Part shown: in pieces, positions 52,503 through 62,573 of the stretch
Layout: each line of letters starts with the position of its first letter
Position numbering within the stretch: the first letter of the stretch is position 1
Source: Clostridia bacterium
Lineage (GTDB): Bacteria > Bacillota > Clostridia > Oscillospirales > CAG-272
DNA: 64,000 nucleotides
Direction: 5' to 3'
Assembly: GCA_017428635.1 (NCBI GenBank)
Contig: JAFRQK010000025.1
Span: forward strand, 2,423 to 66,422
Made by a program: the position numbers and the translations under genes
Notes under the pieces: model-generated
What the model was told of the DNA's origin: nothing
Databases searched by the model: none
Seen by the model: the letters and a program-made list of their open reading frames with translations, nothing else

Positions 52503-55500
52503 TCACTTCCCCCTGAAATACTTCACCGCCGCGCGGAACATCCCCATATCGTAATTCCCGGGGACGTTCTTGTAAAGCCACTTCCCTACGCGCTCGGCGT
52601 GGCCCATCTTGCCGAAGACGCGGCCGTCGGGGGACGTGATCCCCTCGATGGCGAGGACGGAGCCGTTCGGGTTGAAGTCGATATCCGCCGTCGCGTCGCC
52701 GTCGGCGTCCGCGTACTGCGTCGCGATCTGGCCGTTCTCTTTGAGCTTTCTCACCCACTCGTCCGAGCAGAAGAATCTGCCCTCGCCGTGGGAGATCGGC
52801 ACGCTGAACACGTCGCCGGGCTTCGTGCCCGACAGCCACGGGGACATATTCGACGCCACGCGCACCCTGACGATGCGCGACTGGTGGCGGCTGATTGTGT
52901 TGAAGGTAAGCGTCGGGTCGTCTGCTTTCGCCTCGGTTATCCTGCCGTACGGCACGAGGCCGAGCTTGACGAGCGCCTGGAACCCGTTGCAGATGCCGCA
53001 GATCAGACCGTCGCGGCGTGTGAGCAGCGCGTCGACCTCCGCCCTCACGGCGTCGTTTCTGAAAAACGCAGTGATGAACTTGCCGGAGCCGTCCGGCTCG
53101 TCGCCGCCGGAGAAACCGCCGGGAATAAAGATCATCTGCGCCTCTCCGATCGCTCTTGCCATCCGCTCGACGCTTCGGTTTACTCCGTCGGCGGTCACGT
53201 TCTCGACAACTACCGTTTCGGCGATCGCTCCCGCCTCTTCGACGGCGCGCGCGCTGTCGTATTCGCAGTTCGTGCCGGGGAAGACGGGAATGACGACCTT
53301 CGGTTTTTCAACGAGGATCGCGGGGGCTTTTACGGCACTTGCCGAAAACGATACGTTCTCCACCTTCCCGCCCGCTTTTCCGGGAACGTTCACGGGGTAA
53401 ACGCCCTCGAGACGCGCGTCGTAAAGATTCTTTATATCGCCGAGATCGACCGCCTCGTCACCGCGAGCGATCTTCGCGTCCGCGGTAACGGCACCGAGCG
53501 CCTCGCCGCACCCGACGTCTTCCGTGACCTCGAGGATCAGCGAACCGAACGCAGGGGAGAATATCTTTTCAAGCGAGACGTCCTCGAATCTGAATCCGAG
53601 CCCGTTGCCGAAGCACATTTTTGCGATCGCTTCTGCGGCGCCGCCCGCGCCGGGCGCGTAAGCCGCGGCGACTTTGCCCGCGCCGATCAGGTCGGACGCG
53701 GTCTTCCATATCTCTTTCTGCGAATCGGCAATGGGGAGCCCGTCGTCGCCGAACTCCGGCGCAAGGACGATCACACGGTCGCCCGTGCGTTTGAACTCAC
53801 CCGATATTATTCTTTCCGCCTTATCCGTCGTGACGGCGAACGAGACGAGCGTCGGCGGGACGGAGATATCCTCGAACGTGCCGCTCATCGAGTCCTTGCC
53901 GCCGATCGAGCCGATGCCGTACTCGCATTGAGCGCGAAACGCGCCGAGCAGAGCGGACAGCGGTCTGCCCCACTTGTCGGGGTCGGCGCCGAGTTTTTCA
54001 AAATATTCCTGGAACGTGAGGTATACGCCGTCGGGGGCCGCGCCCGCCGCGACGAGTTTCGTGACGGAGGTGACGACGGCGAGATACGCGCCGTGGTACG
54101 GGCTCTTCTCCGACAGATACGGATCGAAGCCCCACGCCATGACGGAGACGTCGTCCGTCTCTCCCTTCACGGTCGAGATCTTGTGGACCATCGCCTGCGA
54201 CGGGGTCGCCTGATTTTTGCCGCCGAGCGGCATCAGGACCGTGCCCGCGCCGATCGTCGAGTCGAACCGCTCGATCAGACCCCTGCGCGAGCAGACGTTG
54301 AGGTCGGATACCGTTTTTTTGAACCCTTCCCCGAACGAGGAGGGGATCTCTTTTTCGTACTTGTCAGCCGCGCCCACGCGCGCCGTGACGTGCTTTTCCG
54401 CGCCGTTGGAGGAGAGGAATTCGCGCGAGAGGTCGACGATAACGTCGCCGCGCCATCTCATCGTGAGCCGTTTTTCCTCCGTGACGTACGCGACGACGGT
54501 CGCCTCGAGGTTCTCCCTCTCTGCGATCGCGATGAACGCGTCGGCGTCCTCCGGCGAGGTGACGACCGCCATTCTCTCCTGCGACTCGCTGATCGCGAGT
54601 TCGGTGCCGTCGAGACCCTCGTATTTCTTCGGGACGAGGTCGAGGTCGACGGACAGGCCGTCCGCGAGCTCGCCGATGGCGACGGAAACGCCGCCCGCGC
54701 CGAAGTCGTTGCATCTCTTTATCATCCGAGCGGCGTCGGGATCCCGGAAGAGCCGCTGAAGTTTTCTTTCCTCGGGGGCGTTGCCCTTCTGGACCTCGGC
54801 TCCGCACGTCTCGATCGACGTCGCCTCGTGCGATTTGGACGAGCCGGTCGCGCCGCCGCATCCGTCGCGTCCCGTTCTGCCGCCGACGAGAATTATCGGG
54901 TCGCCGGGAGCGGGAGTCTCGCGTCTGACAGACTTCGCGGGAGTCGCCGCGATGACCGCGCCGATCTCCATTCGTTTCGCCTCGTAGCCGGGGTGATAGA
55001 TCTCGTCGACGATACCCGTCGCGAGCCCTATCTGGTTGCCGTACGACGAGTAGCCCGCCGCGGCGGTCGTGCAGAGTTTTCTCTGCGGGAGTTTGCCCTG
55101 CCTCGTGTTCTCGACGGGAGCGGTGGGATCGCCCGCGCCGGTCACGCGCATCGCGGCGTAGACGTACGATCTGCCCGAGAGCGGGTCTCTGATCGCGCCG
55201 CCGATGCAGGTAGCCGCGCCGCCGAACGGCTCGATCTCCGTCGGATGGTTGTGCGTCTCGTTCTTGAAGAGCAGCAGCCACGGCTCGACTTTCCCGTCGA
55301 TCTCGACGCTTATCCTCACCGTGCAGGCGTTTATCTCGTCCGATTCGTCGAGAGCGTCGAGTTTGCCCTCCGCCTTCAGTTTTTTCACGGCGAGAGTGGC
55401 GATATTCATGAGGGTCACGGGTTTCGTGACGCCGAGTTGTTCTCTCGTCCTCAGGTATTCGCGGTACGTTTTTTCGATCACGGGATCGTCGAACGACACG

Positions 55501-56201
55501 CTGTCGATCGTAGTCAAAAACGTGGTGTGGCGGCAGTGGTCCGACCAGTACGTGTCGATGACGCGCAGTTCGGTGAGGGTCGGCTCCCTGTTCTCGCTTC
55601 TGAAATACTCGCGGCAAAACTCAACGTCCGCCGCGTCCATCGCGAGGCCGTATTGTTTGACGATATCTTCCGCCGGAACGGACGCGTCGCAGAAACCGTC
55701 GAGCGTCTTTACCGGGTCGGGCTCGGCGTAATCCGTTTTGAGCGTGGCGGGCTTGTCGAGCGACGCCTCGCGCGAGTCGACCGGGTTTATCACGTGCTTT
55801 TTGACCGCGGCGATCTGACCGTCCGTCAGGTCTCCGTAAAGGGCGTACACCTTCGCGCTGCGGACCACGGGACGGCTCCCGCGCGTCATGAGCGCGATAC
55901 ACTGGGAGGCGGAGTCCGCCCGCTGATCGAACTGACCGGGGAGATATTCCGCCGCGAAGACGGAGGCGTCCCCGAGATCGGGCGGAGTCTCGCGGTAAAC
56001 GCGGTCGGTCTGCGGCTCGGAAAAGACCGTGCCCACAGCGCCCTCGAAATCGTCCTCCGACAGCCCCTCCGCGTCGTAGCGGTTGAGGATGCGCAGAGCG
56101 CGGAGTCCCTTGATGCCGAGGATCTCCCTTATCTCGCCGAGGAGGATATCCGCCTCGGGGGAGAGCCCTTCTTTTTTCTCAACAAACAGGCGATAAACCA
56201 T
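52503..56201 (-). CDS. purL: phosphoribosylformylglycinamidine synthase, single-chain large PurL
   Basis: 1232 aa, with FGAM synthase N-terminal, AIR-synthase-like and C-terminal glutaminase domains (...GICNGFQALVKLG...). Confidence 0.95.
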   Translation of the reverse strand: MVYRLFVEKKEGLSPEADILLGEIREILGIKGLRALRILNRYDAEGLSEDDFEGAVGTVFSEPQTDRVYRETPPDLGDASVFAAEYLPGQFDQRADSASQCIALMTRGSRPVVRSAKVYALYGDLTDGQIAAVKKHVINPVDSREASLDKPATLKTDYAEPDPVKTLDGFCDASVPAEDIVKQYGLAMDAADVEFCREYFRSENREPTLTELRVIDTYWSDHCRHTTFLTTIDSVSFDDPVIEKTYREYLRTREQLGVTKPVTLMNIATLAVKKLKAEGKLDALDESDEINACTVRISVEIDGKVEPWLLLFKNETHNHPTEIEPFGGAATCIGGAIRDPLSGRSYVYAAMRVTGAGDPTAPVENTRQGKLPQRKLCTTAAAGYSSYGNQIGLATGIVDEIYHPGYEAKRMEIGAVIAATPAKSVRRETPAPGDPIILVGGRTGRDGCGGATGSSKSHEATSIETCGAEVQKGNAPEERKLQRLFRDPDAARMIKRCNDFGAGGVSVAIGELADGLSVDLDLVPKKYEGLDGTELAISESQERMAVVTSPEDADAFIAIAERENLEATVVAYVTEEKRLTMRWRGDVIVDLSREFLSSNGAEKHVTARVGAADKYEKEIPSSFGEGFKKTVSDLNVCSRRGLIERFDSTIGAGTVLMPLGGKNQATPSQAMVHKISTVKGETDDVSVMAWGFDPYLSEKSPYHGAYLAVVTSVTKLVAAGAAPDGVYLTFQEYFEKLGADPDKWGRPLSALLGAFRAQCEYGIGSIGGKDSMSGTFEDISVPPTLVSFAVTTDKAERIISGEFKRTGDRVIVLAPEFGDDGLPIADSQKEIWKTASDLIGAGKVAAAYAPGAGGAAEAIAKMCFGNGLGFRFEDVSLEKIFSPAFGSLILEVTEDVGCGEALGAVTADAKIARGDEAVDLGDIKNLYDARLEGVYPVNVPGKAGGKVENVSFSASAVKAPAILVEKPKVVIPVFPGTNCEYDSARAVEEAGAIAETVVVENVTADGVNRSVERMARAIGEAQMIFIPGGFSGGDEPDGSGKFITAFFRNDAVRAEVDALLTRRDGLICGICNGFQALVKLGLVPYGRITEAKADDPTLTFNTISRHQSRIVRVRVASNMSPWLSGTKPGDVFSVPISHGEGRFFCSDEWVRKLKENGQIATQYADADGDATADIDFNPNGSVLAIEGITSPDGRVFGKMGHAERVGKWLYKNVPGNYDMGMFRAAVKYFRGK

Positions 56202-56476
56202 TCTGATCGCTCCTTTTTGAGTTCTGTGTTGTCGTGCTGTGATCCGCCTTCGGCGTCACCTCATCAGGCAACTCCGTTGCCAGCTTCCCCTCAAGGGAAA
56301 GCCTCTATGTTGCCGAGGGCCTAAAGCCTTCCCCTCGAGGGTAGCGTAGCGCACGGCGCGGTAGTGAATGACAGCCCGGTGGGCTGTCAGAGCCGCGCCT
56401 GACCGACCCCGCAGGGGAGACAAGGTGGATTTGAGGGTCGTAAGACCCGAAAAGACGGATGAGGTGAGAATACGTA
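56202..56476. repeat. 275-nt non-coding mosaic of GC-rich hairpins between purD and purL
   Basis: GACAGCCCGGTGGGCTGTC, CCTTCCCCTCGAGGG.., GGTCGTAAGACC and others. There is no ORF with coding character. All other pur genes in this operon are separated by 16 nt or less, or overlap. Confidence 0.5.
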
Positions 56477-57757
56477 TTATTTCCCTTCCTCCGCCGAAAG
56501 CGCTCGCTTGCCGATATCGCGGCGGTAGAACGAATTGGGAAATCCGATGCGGCCGACTTTTTCGTACGCGCCGCTCACGGCATCGGCGAGCGTCCCGCCC
56601 GTCGCCGTGACGCCGAGCACTCTGCCGCCGCCGGAGATCAGTTTGCCGCCCTCGAGTTTCCCGCCCGCGACGTAAACGTCTCTTTCTATATCCTCGGGTA
56701 CGTCGATCTCATAACCCGACTCGTATCTTCCGGGATACCCGACGTGCGCCATTATGACGCAGCAGGCGTACCCGTCCTTTATCTTCACGTCGCCCTCGCT
56801 GAGCGTTCCGGTCGCAGCCTTTTCCATGACGTCGAGCAGGTCGCAGTCGAGAAGCGGCAGGACGACCTGCGTCTCCGGGTCGCCGAAACGGCAGTTGTAC
56901 TCTATCACGTACGGGCCGTTTTCGGTTATCATCAGACCGAAGTAGAGGCACCCTCTGAACGGTCTTCCCTCTTCCTTCATCCCGAGGACGGTCGGCTTGA
57001 ATATCTTCTCCATGCACTCCGCTGCGACGGATTCCGTGTAGAACGGATTCGGCGCGACGGTGCCCATACCGCCGGTGTTCGGGCCCTCGTCGCCGTCGTG
57101 CGCCCTCTTGTGGTCCATCGAGGAGACCATCGGGAAAACGTGTTCCCCGTCGCAGAACGCGAGGACGGAGACCTCGGGTCCCGTGAGATAATCCTCGATC
57201 ACGACGCGCAGACCGCTGTCGCCGAAGGCGCCGTCTTCCATCATCGACCTTACGGCGTCCTTCGCTTCTTCAAAGTCTTCGGCAATGACGACGCCCTTGC
57301 CCGCGGCAAGCCCGTCCGCCTTTACGACGATGGGGAAAGACGACCTCTCGAGATACGCGATCGCCGTGTCCGCATCGGAGAATTCGGCGAACGACGCGGT
57401 CGGTATCCCGTGGCGTTTCATAAAGTTCTTTGCGAAGATCTTGCTTCCCTCGAGGATCGCGGCGTCAGCCGTCGGTCCGAACGCGGGGATGCCCGCTGCG
57501 GCGAATTTGTCGACCGCGCCCCGGACGAGCGGGTCCTCCGGCGCGATGACGGCGAAATCGATACCCTCTCTGACGGCGAACGAGACGATCCCGTCGACCT
57601 CGGACGCGGATATCTGGACGCACTCGGCGTCGCGTGAAATGCCGCCGTTGCCGGGAGCGGCGTATATCTTATCCGCCCTCGGACTCTCTTTGAGTTTTTT
57701 GATGATGGCGTGCTCCCTGCCGCCTCCGCCGACTACGAGTATCTTCACTTTATTCAC
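56477..57757 (-). CDS. purD: phosphoribosylamine--glycine ligase PurD
   Basis: MNKVKILVVGGGGREHAI..., ATP-grasp core; 426 aa. Confidence 0.95.
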   Translation of the reverse strand: MNKVKILVVGGGGREHAIIKKLKESPRADKIYAAPGNGGISRDAECVQISASEVDGIVSFAVREGIDFAVIAPEDPLVRGAVDKFAAAGIPAFGPTADAAILEGSKIFAKNFMKRHGIPTASFAEFSDADTAIAYLERSSFPIVVKADGLAAGKGVVIAEDFEEAKDAVRSMMEDGAFGDSGLRVVIEDYLTGPEVSVLAFCDGEHVFPMVSSMDHKRAHDGDEGPNTGGMGTVAPNPFYTESVAAECMEKIFKPTVLGMKEEGRPFRGCLYFGLMITENGPYVIEYNCRFGDPETQVVLPLLDCDLLDVMEKAATGTLSEGDVKIKDGYACCVIMAHVGYPGRYESGYEIDVPEDIERDVYVAGGKLEGGKLISGGGRVLGVTATGGTLADAVSGAYEKVGRIGFPNSFYRRDIGKRALSAEEGK

Positions 57758-57761
57758 CCTT

Positions 57762-59000
57762 TCAGGAATAGATCGGGAACTTTTCGCAAAGGGCGACGAC
57801 CTCGGCGGTCACGCGCTCTTTCGTTCCCTCGAAATCTCTCGCGACGTCGCCGATAAGACGGGCGACGGTCTTCATTTCCTCCGTGCCGAAACCGCGCGAG
57901 GTGACGGCGGGAGTGCCGATCCTGACGCCGCTCGTTACGAACGGGCTCTGCGGATCGTTCGGGATCGTGTTCTTGTTGACGGTGATGCGTACCTCGTCGA
58001 GCCGCTTTTCCATGTCCTTGCCGGTAATGTCGAACGGACGGAGGTCGACGAGCATCAGGTGGTTGTCCGTGCCGCCGGAGACGAGGCGGAAACCCTCTTT
58101 TATCATCGAGTCGGCGAGAACTTTCGCGTTCTCGGCGATCCGTCTCTGATAATTCTTGAATTCATCCGTCAGCGCCTCGCCGAGAGCGACTGCCTTGGCG
58201 GCGATGATATGCATGAGCGGGCCGCCCTGCGTTCCCGGGAAGACCGCCTTGTCGATCTGCTTGGCGAGCTCCTCGCGGCAGAGGATCATGCCGCCTCGCG
58301 GGCCGCGGAGCGTCTTGTGAGTCGTCGTCGTGACGACGTGGGCGTACGGAACGGGCGACGGATGAAGGCCCGCAGCGACGAGTCCCGCGATGTGAGCCAT
58401 GTCGACCATGAGATACGCGCCGACCTCGTCCGCAATTTCGCGGAATCTCTTGAAGTCGATGATCCTAGGATACGCGCTCGCTCCGGCGATAATCATCTTC
58501 GGGCGGCATGAAAGCGCCGTCTCTCTGACCTTGTCGTAGTCGATCCTCTCGGTCTCGGGGTCGAGCGTGTACGGAACGACGTTGAAGTATTTGCCGGAGA
58601 TGTTGACCGGCGAACCGTGGGAGAGGTGGCCTCCGTTGGCGAGGTCCATGCCCATCACCGTGTCGCCCGGCTGAAGGAGCGCGAAAAAGACGGCGAGGTT
58701 CGCGGACGCGCCGCAATGCGGCTGAACGTTGGCGTGCTCCGCTCCGAAGAGCGCTTTGGCGCGGTCGCGCGCGATGTTCTCCACGACGTCGACGCACTCG
58801 CACCCGCCGTAGTATCTCTTGCCCGGGAAACCCTCGGCGTATTTGTTCGTGAGGGGAGTGCCAGCGGCGAGAAGGACCGCCTCGGAGACGATGTTCTCCG
58901 ACGCGATGAGTTCGATATTGCCCCTCTGCCTTTTCAGCTCGGCGTCGCACGCCGCGGCGACTTCGGGATCGAATTCGGTGAGCTTTTCAAAGAAATTCAT
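57762..59000 (-). CDS. glyA: serine hydroxymethyltransferase GlyA
   Basis: ...LIASENIVS..., ...[15 protein letters not shown]... (PLP-Lys motif); 412 aa. Confidence 0.95.
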   Translation of the reverse strand: MNFFEKLTEFDPEVAAACDAELKRQRGNIELIASENIVSEAVLLAAGTPLTNKYAEGFPGKRYYGGCECVDVVENIARDRAKALFGAEHANVQPHCGASANLAVFFALLQPGDTVMGMDLANGGHLSHGSPVNISGKYFNVVPYTLDPETERIDYDKVRETALSCRPKMIIAGASAYPRIIDFKRFREIADEVGAYLMVDMAHIAGLVAAGLHPSPVPYAHVVTTTTHKTLRGPRGGMILCREELAKQIDKAVFPGTQGGPLMHIIAAKAVALGEALTDEFKNYQRRIAENAKVLADSMIKEGFRLVSGGTDNHLMLVDLRPFDITGKDMEKRLDEVRITVNKNTIPNDPQSPFVTSGVRIGTPAVTSRGFGTEEMKTVARLIGDVARDFEGTKERVTAEVVALCEKFPIYS

Positions 59001-59016
59001 GGTAACCTCCGTTTTA

Positions 59017-60213
59017 TCAGTGGTGGAACAGGCGCATGCCGGTGAACGCCATGACGATCCCGTATTTGTCGCAGCAGTCGATCACGAGATCGTCGCGGAT
59101 CGAGCCGCCGGGCTCGGCGATATAGCAAACGCCGCTGCGCTTCGCCCTCTCGACGTTGTCGTCGAACGGGAAGAACGCGTCGGACGCGAGCGATACGCCG
59201 CGGATACCGTCGAGATATTCTCTCATCTCCTCGGGAGTGAGCGGGTCGGGGCGCACGGTGAAGAAGTTCTGCCATACGCCGTCGGCGCAGACGTCGAGCT
59301 CGTTCTTGTTGATGTATCCGTCGATCACGTTGTCGCGCTCCGCTCTCGCAAGCGTCGGGATGAACGGCAGGGAGAGGACTTTCTCGTGGCGGCGGAGCTG
59401 CCACGTGTCCGCCTTCGTTCCCGCGAGGCGCGTGCAGTGGATGCGCGACTGCTGGCCCGCGCCGACGCCGATCGCCTGACCGTCGACCGCGTAGCAGACC
59501 GAGTTGGACTGCGTGTATTTCAGAGTCAGAAGAGCGACGATCAGGTCGCGCTTCGCCGACTCGGGAAATTCTTTGTTTTTCGTGACGATATTGGAAAGCA
59601 GTTCCGAATTTATCTTGAAATTGTTTCTGCCCTGCTCGAACGTGACGCCATAGACCTGTTTTCTCTCGCGCTCGGCGGGAGTATAGTTCTCGTCGATCGC
59701 GATGACGTTGTAGTTTCCTTTTCTCTTCGTCCGGAGTATCTCGAGCGCCTCGGGGGTGTATCCGGGGGCGATGACGCCGTCGGAGACTTCCCTCTTGATG
59801 ATCGACGCGGTGACCTCGTCGCAGACGTCGGACAGAGCGATGAAATCGCCGAACGAGCACATTCTGTCCGTTCCGCGCGCTCTCGCGTAGGCGCACGCGA
59901 GCGGCGAGGAGTCGAGTCCCTCGATATCGTCGACGAAGCACATCTTTTTGAGATCGTCGTCAAGCGGCGTGCCGACCGACGCGGACGTCGGGGAGACGTG
60001 CTTGAAAGACGCCGCGGCGACCTGCCCCGTCGCCTCTTTTATCTCTTTGACGAGCTGCCACGAGTTGAAGGCGTCGAGGAAATTGATGAAACCGGGGCGG
60101 CCGGACAGGATCTCGATCGGCAGATCGCTCCCGTCCTCCATGAAGATCTTAGCCGGTTTCTGGTTCGGGTTCATTCCGTATTTGAGTTCGAATTCTTTCA
60201 TCTCTTCCGTCAC
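59017..60213 (-). CDS. purH: AICAR formyltransferase (PurH transformylase domain only, no IMP cyclohydrolase/MGS domain)
   Basis: 398 aa. ...[12 protein letters not shown]..., ...[11 protein letters not shown]... are typical of the short AICARFT form. It is adjacent to a separate IMP cyclohydrolase gene. Confidence 0.85.
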   Translation of the reverse strand: MTEEMKEFELKYGMNPNQKPAKIFMEDGSDLPIEILSGRPGFINFLDAFNSWQLVKEIKEATGQVAAASFKHVSPTSASVGTPLDDDLKKMCFVDDIEGLDSSPLACAYARARGTDRMCSFGDFIALSDVCDEVTASIIKREVSDGVIAPGYTPEALEILRTKRKGNYNVIAIDENYTPAERERKQVYGVTFEQGRNNFKINSELLSNIVTKNKEFPESAKRDLIVALLTLKYTQSNSVCYAVDGQAIGVGAGQQSRIHCTRLAGTKADTWQLRRHEKVLSLPFIPTLARAERDNVIDGYINKNELDVCADGVWQNFFTVRPDPLTPEEMREYLDGIRGVSLASDAFFPFDDNVERAKRSGVCYIAEPGGSIRDDLVIDCCDKYGIVMAFTGMRLFHH

Positions 60214-60214
60214 C

Positions 60215-60931
60215 TCACGCGTTTTTGTTTATCAGTTCTCTGTCGTACCGCCCCGTCTTCAGGTCGGTGAAGCGGACGTACAGGGATATTTTGTTGTTCT
60301 CGTCGAGGTTTTCCCATATGTCGTAGGCAAGTTCCCTGACGGAGTCGCGCAGGAAAACGCGCTCGGGCTCGCCGCGGAAGGTCGGAAGCGGATCCCCGTC
60401 CGTTTCGTACGTGTGCAGGAAGTGGCCGACGCCCGGCGTCGGGGAGTACGAAAACGTGAATCTGTTGCAGCCCGTTCCCTCGGCGTCCGCGCTCTTGAGA
60501 ATGCTCATCTCGTAAGAGAACGGATCGTTTTTGAGGTACGAGCTGATGCGCGGAGTGAAGTTCGGAGCGTCCGGCTCGAATTCGCGCGTCGCCATCGCCT
60601 CGGAGAACGACTTTCCCGCCCTGATGAACTCCGCGGCGGTGTCGGTCTGGTCGCCGTTCGTGACGACGATACCGGACGCAAGCGTTCTGACCGGGTAATA
60701 TATGATGAGGGACGGGTCCTTTACCTTCGACTCGTCGTAAGGCGCGGTCCTCAGATCGTCGCCCTCCTCGATGAACACGCGGTTGCGGCTGTTCTCGCTT
60801 CTTCCCATGATGAAGTACGCGAAGACGGAGCGTTCGCCGTCGGCGGCGAGCCCCGTTATGATCCCGCGCCCTACGTAGGGGTTGCCCGCGAGCGTCTCTT
60901 TTACCGTTTTCACGGCGTAAACGTCACTCAT
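60215..60931 (-). CDS. purO: IMP cyclohydrolase, PurO (archaeal-type) family
   Basis: Start at ATG 60931 (ATGA overlap with the purN stop): [53 protein letters not shown].... The track ORF up to 61261 is an extension overlapping purN. Confidence 0.8.
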   Translation of the reverse strand: MSDVYAVKTVKETLAGNPYVGRGIITGLAADGERSVFAYFIMGRSENSRNRVFIEEGDDLRTAPYDESKVKDPSLIIYYPVRTLASGIVVTNGDQTDTAAEFIRAGKSFSEAMATREFEPDAPNFTPRISSYLKNDPFSYEMSILKSADAEGTGCNRFTFSYSPTPGVGHFLHTYETDGDPLPTFRGEPERVFLRDSVRELAYDIWENLDENNKISLYVRFTDLKTGRYDRELINKNA

Positions 60932-61545
60932 TTCTCTTCCTCCTTGATCTTCTTGCATATCAGTTCGACGGAGCGCGGAAGGATGACCCATTCCGCCTCT
61001 CTCATAACTTTCTTCTGCAGAGTTTCGGGCGTGTCGTCCTCGGATATTTCGACCGCCTTCTGCATTATTATCTTTCCTCCGTCCGGTATCTCGTTGACGA
61101 GATGGACCGTCGCGCCGGTGACTTTCACTCCGTAGGCGAGCGCCGCCTCGTGGACGCGCAGACCGTAGAATCCCTCGCCGCAGAACGACGGGATGAGCGA
61201 CGGATGGACGTTGAGGATGCGGTTTTCGTATTTCTTCGTGAATTTCTCGCTGAGGATGCACATGAACCCCGCGAGGACGATGACTTCGGCTCCCGCCGAG
61301 TCGATCGCGCGGATCAGATCGGCCTCGAAATCCTCTTTGTCGTGGTGCGTTTTTCTCGCCACGACCGCCGTCGGGATGCCCGCCTTCTTCGCCCTCTCGA
61401 GGGCGTAGGCGTCCTTGTTGCTCGAGATAACGGCGACGATCTGCCCGCTTTTTATGATCCCCGACTCCTGCGCGTCGATCAGCGCCTGAAGGTTCGTTCC
61501 GCCGCCCGATACGAGGACGGCGATCCTCACTTTACTCCTCAGCAT
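60928..61545 (-). CDS. purN: phosphoribosylglycinamide formyltransferase PurN
   Basis: ...[17 protein letters not shown]..., ...VLAGFM..., ...LNVHPSLIP.... Confidence 0.95.
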   Translation of the reverse strand: MLRSKVRIAVLVSGGGTNLQALIDAQESGIIKSGQIVAVISSNKDAYALERAKKAGIPTAVVARKTHHDKEDFEADLIRAIDSAGAEVIVLAGFMCILSEKFTKKYENRILNVHPSLIPSFCGEGFYGLRVHEAALAYGVKVTGATVHLVNEIPDGGKIIMQKAVEISEDDTPETLQKKVMREAEWVILPRSVELICKKIKEEEK

Positions 61546-62573
61546 ATGACTACCTTCTCATCGCCTTTTTCGATCCTGCCGACGACGTATGCGTCCTCGC
61601 CGGCGTCGCGCAGGATGCGGAGCGCCTCGTCGGCGTCCTCTTCGGCGACTGTGACCGTCATGCCGACGCCCATGTTGAACGTGTTGAACATATCGCGCTC
61701 GGAGATCCCGCCCCGCTCTTTTATAAGGTCGAAGATCGGGAGGATGCGGAGGGAGGACTTATCTACAACGGCGGAAAGGCCGTCCGGGACGCTGCGCGGG
61801 ATGTTCTCGTAGAAGCCGCCGCCCGTGACGTGCGAGACTCCGTGCGGCCTTATCTTCCCGAAGAGCGCGAGCATCGGTTTTACGTATATCTTCGTAGGCG
61901 TGAGAAGCGTCTCGGCGACCGACGCGCCGAGTTTTTCGGAATACTCGAGCACCGCGGGATCCTCGCCGACCCGGAACACGCGTCTGACGAGAGAGAAACC
62001 GTTGGAGTGGACGCCCGAGGACGGAAGAGCGATCAGAACGTCGCCCGCCTTCGTCGTTTCTTTGTTTATGACCGCGTCGCGGTCGACGACGCCGACGGCA
62101 AAGCCGGCAAGGTCGTATTCGTCCTCGGGGTAGAAGCCCGGCATCTCGGCGGTCTCGCCGCCGATAAGCGACGCCCCGGCCCCGACGCAGCCCTCGGCTA
62201 CGCCGGAGACGATCGCGGCGATCCGCTCGGGGATATTCTTCCCGCACGCGATATAGTCGAGGAAGAAGAGCGGTTTCGCGCCGCAGCAGATTATGTCGTT
62301 GACGCACATCGCGACGCAGTCGATGCCGACCGTGTCGTGCTTGCCCGTCAGAAACGCGAGTTTCAGTTTCGTGCCGACTCCGTCCGTCCCGCTGACGAGA
62401 ACGGGATGAGGGATACCCGCGACGTCGAGTTCGAACGTGCCGCCGAACCCGCCTATCGCGGAGCATGCGGGGGTGAGAGTCCGCGCGACGTGCTGCTTCA
62501 TCAGCTCGACGGCGCGGTAGCCCGCCGTTATGTCGACTCCCGCTTCGCGGTACGCCTCACTGTAACTTTTCAT
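61539..62573 (-). CDS. purM: phosphoribosylformylglycinamidine cyclo-ligase PurM
   Basis: ...YREAGVDI..., ...[12 protein letters not shown]..., ...GGETAEMPG.... Confidence 0.95.
   Translation of the reverse strand: MKSYSEAYREAGVDITAGYRAVELMKQHVARTLTPACSAIGGFGGTFELDVAGIPHPVLVSGTDGVGTKLKLAFLTGKHDTVGIDCVAMCVNDIICCGAKPLFFLDYIACGKNIPERIAAIVSGVAEGCVGAGASLIGGETAEMPGFYPEDEYDLAGFAVGVVDRDAVINKETTKAGDVLIALPSSGVHSNGFSLVRRVFRVGEDPAVLEYSEKLGASVAETLLTPTKIYVKPMLALFGKIRPHGVSHVTGGGFYENIPRSVPDGLSAVVDKSSLRILPIFDLIKERGGISERDMFNTFNMGVGMTVTVAEEDADEALRILRDAGEDAYVVGRIEKGDEKVVIC

Noticed and set aside
52395-56324. A 1309-aa ORF lies antisense to purL. Similar very long antisense ORFs cover ftsK (22934..25600, 888 aa), the tip adhesin (47183..49147 and 49460..50878), the pilin (44077..45444), purH/glyA (58819..60270) and most other genes.
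   Set aside because: These ORFs are codon-for-codon aligned with the sense frame: both start coordinates are congruent mod 3 with the sense triplets. A stop in that antisense frame requires a sense TTA, CTA or TCA codon, which this GC3-rich genome almost never uses. Their translations are Arg/Gly/Asp-rich with no motifs. They are shadow ORFs, not overlapping genes.
56202-56476. A possible ZTP (pfl) or purine riboswitch in the purD-purL spacer, given the purH/glyA context.
   Set aside because: On the transcribed (minus) strand I find no CCGCCTGGGC-type pseudoknot element and no purine-aptamer junction motifs. The content looks like palindromic repeat units. A covariance-model scan is still worth running.
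60932-61261. A 110-aa N-terminal extension of the purO ORF.
   Set aside because: It overlaps purN completely and is Arg-rich. The ATG at 60931 forms an ATGA overlap with the purN stop and yields the conserved PurO N-terminus.
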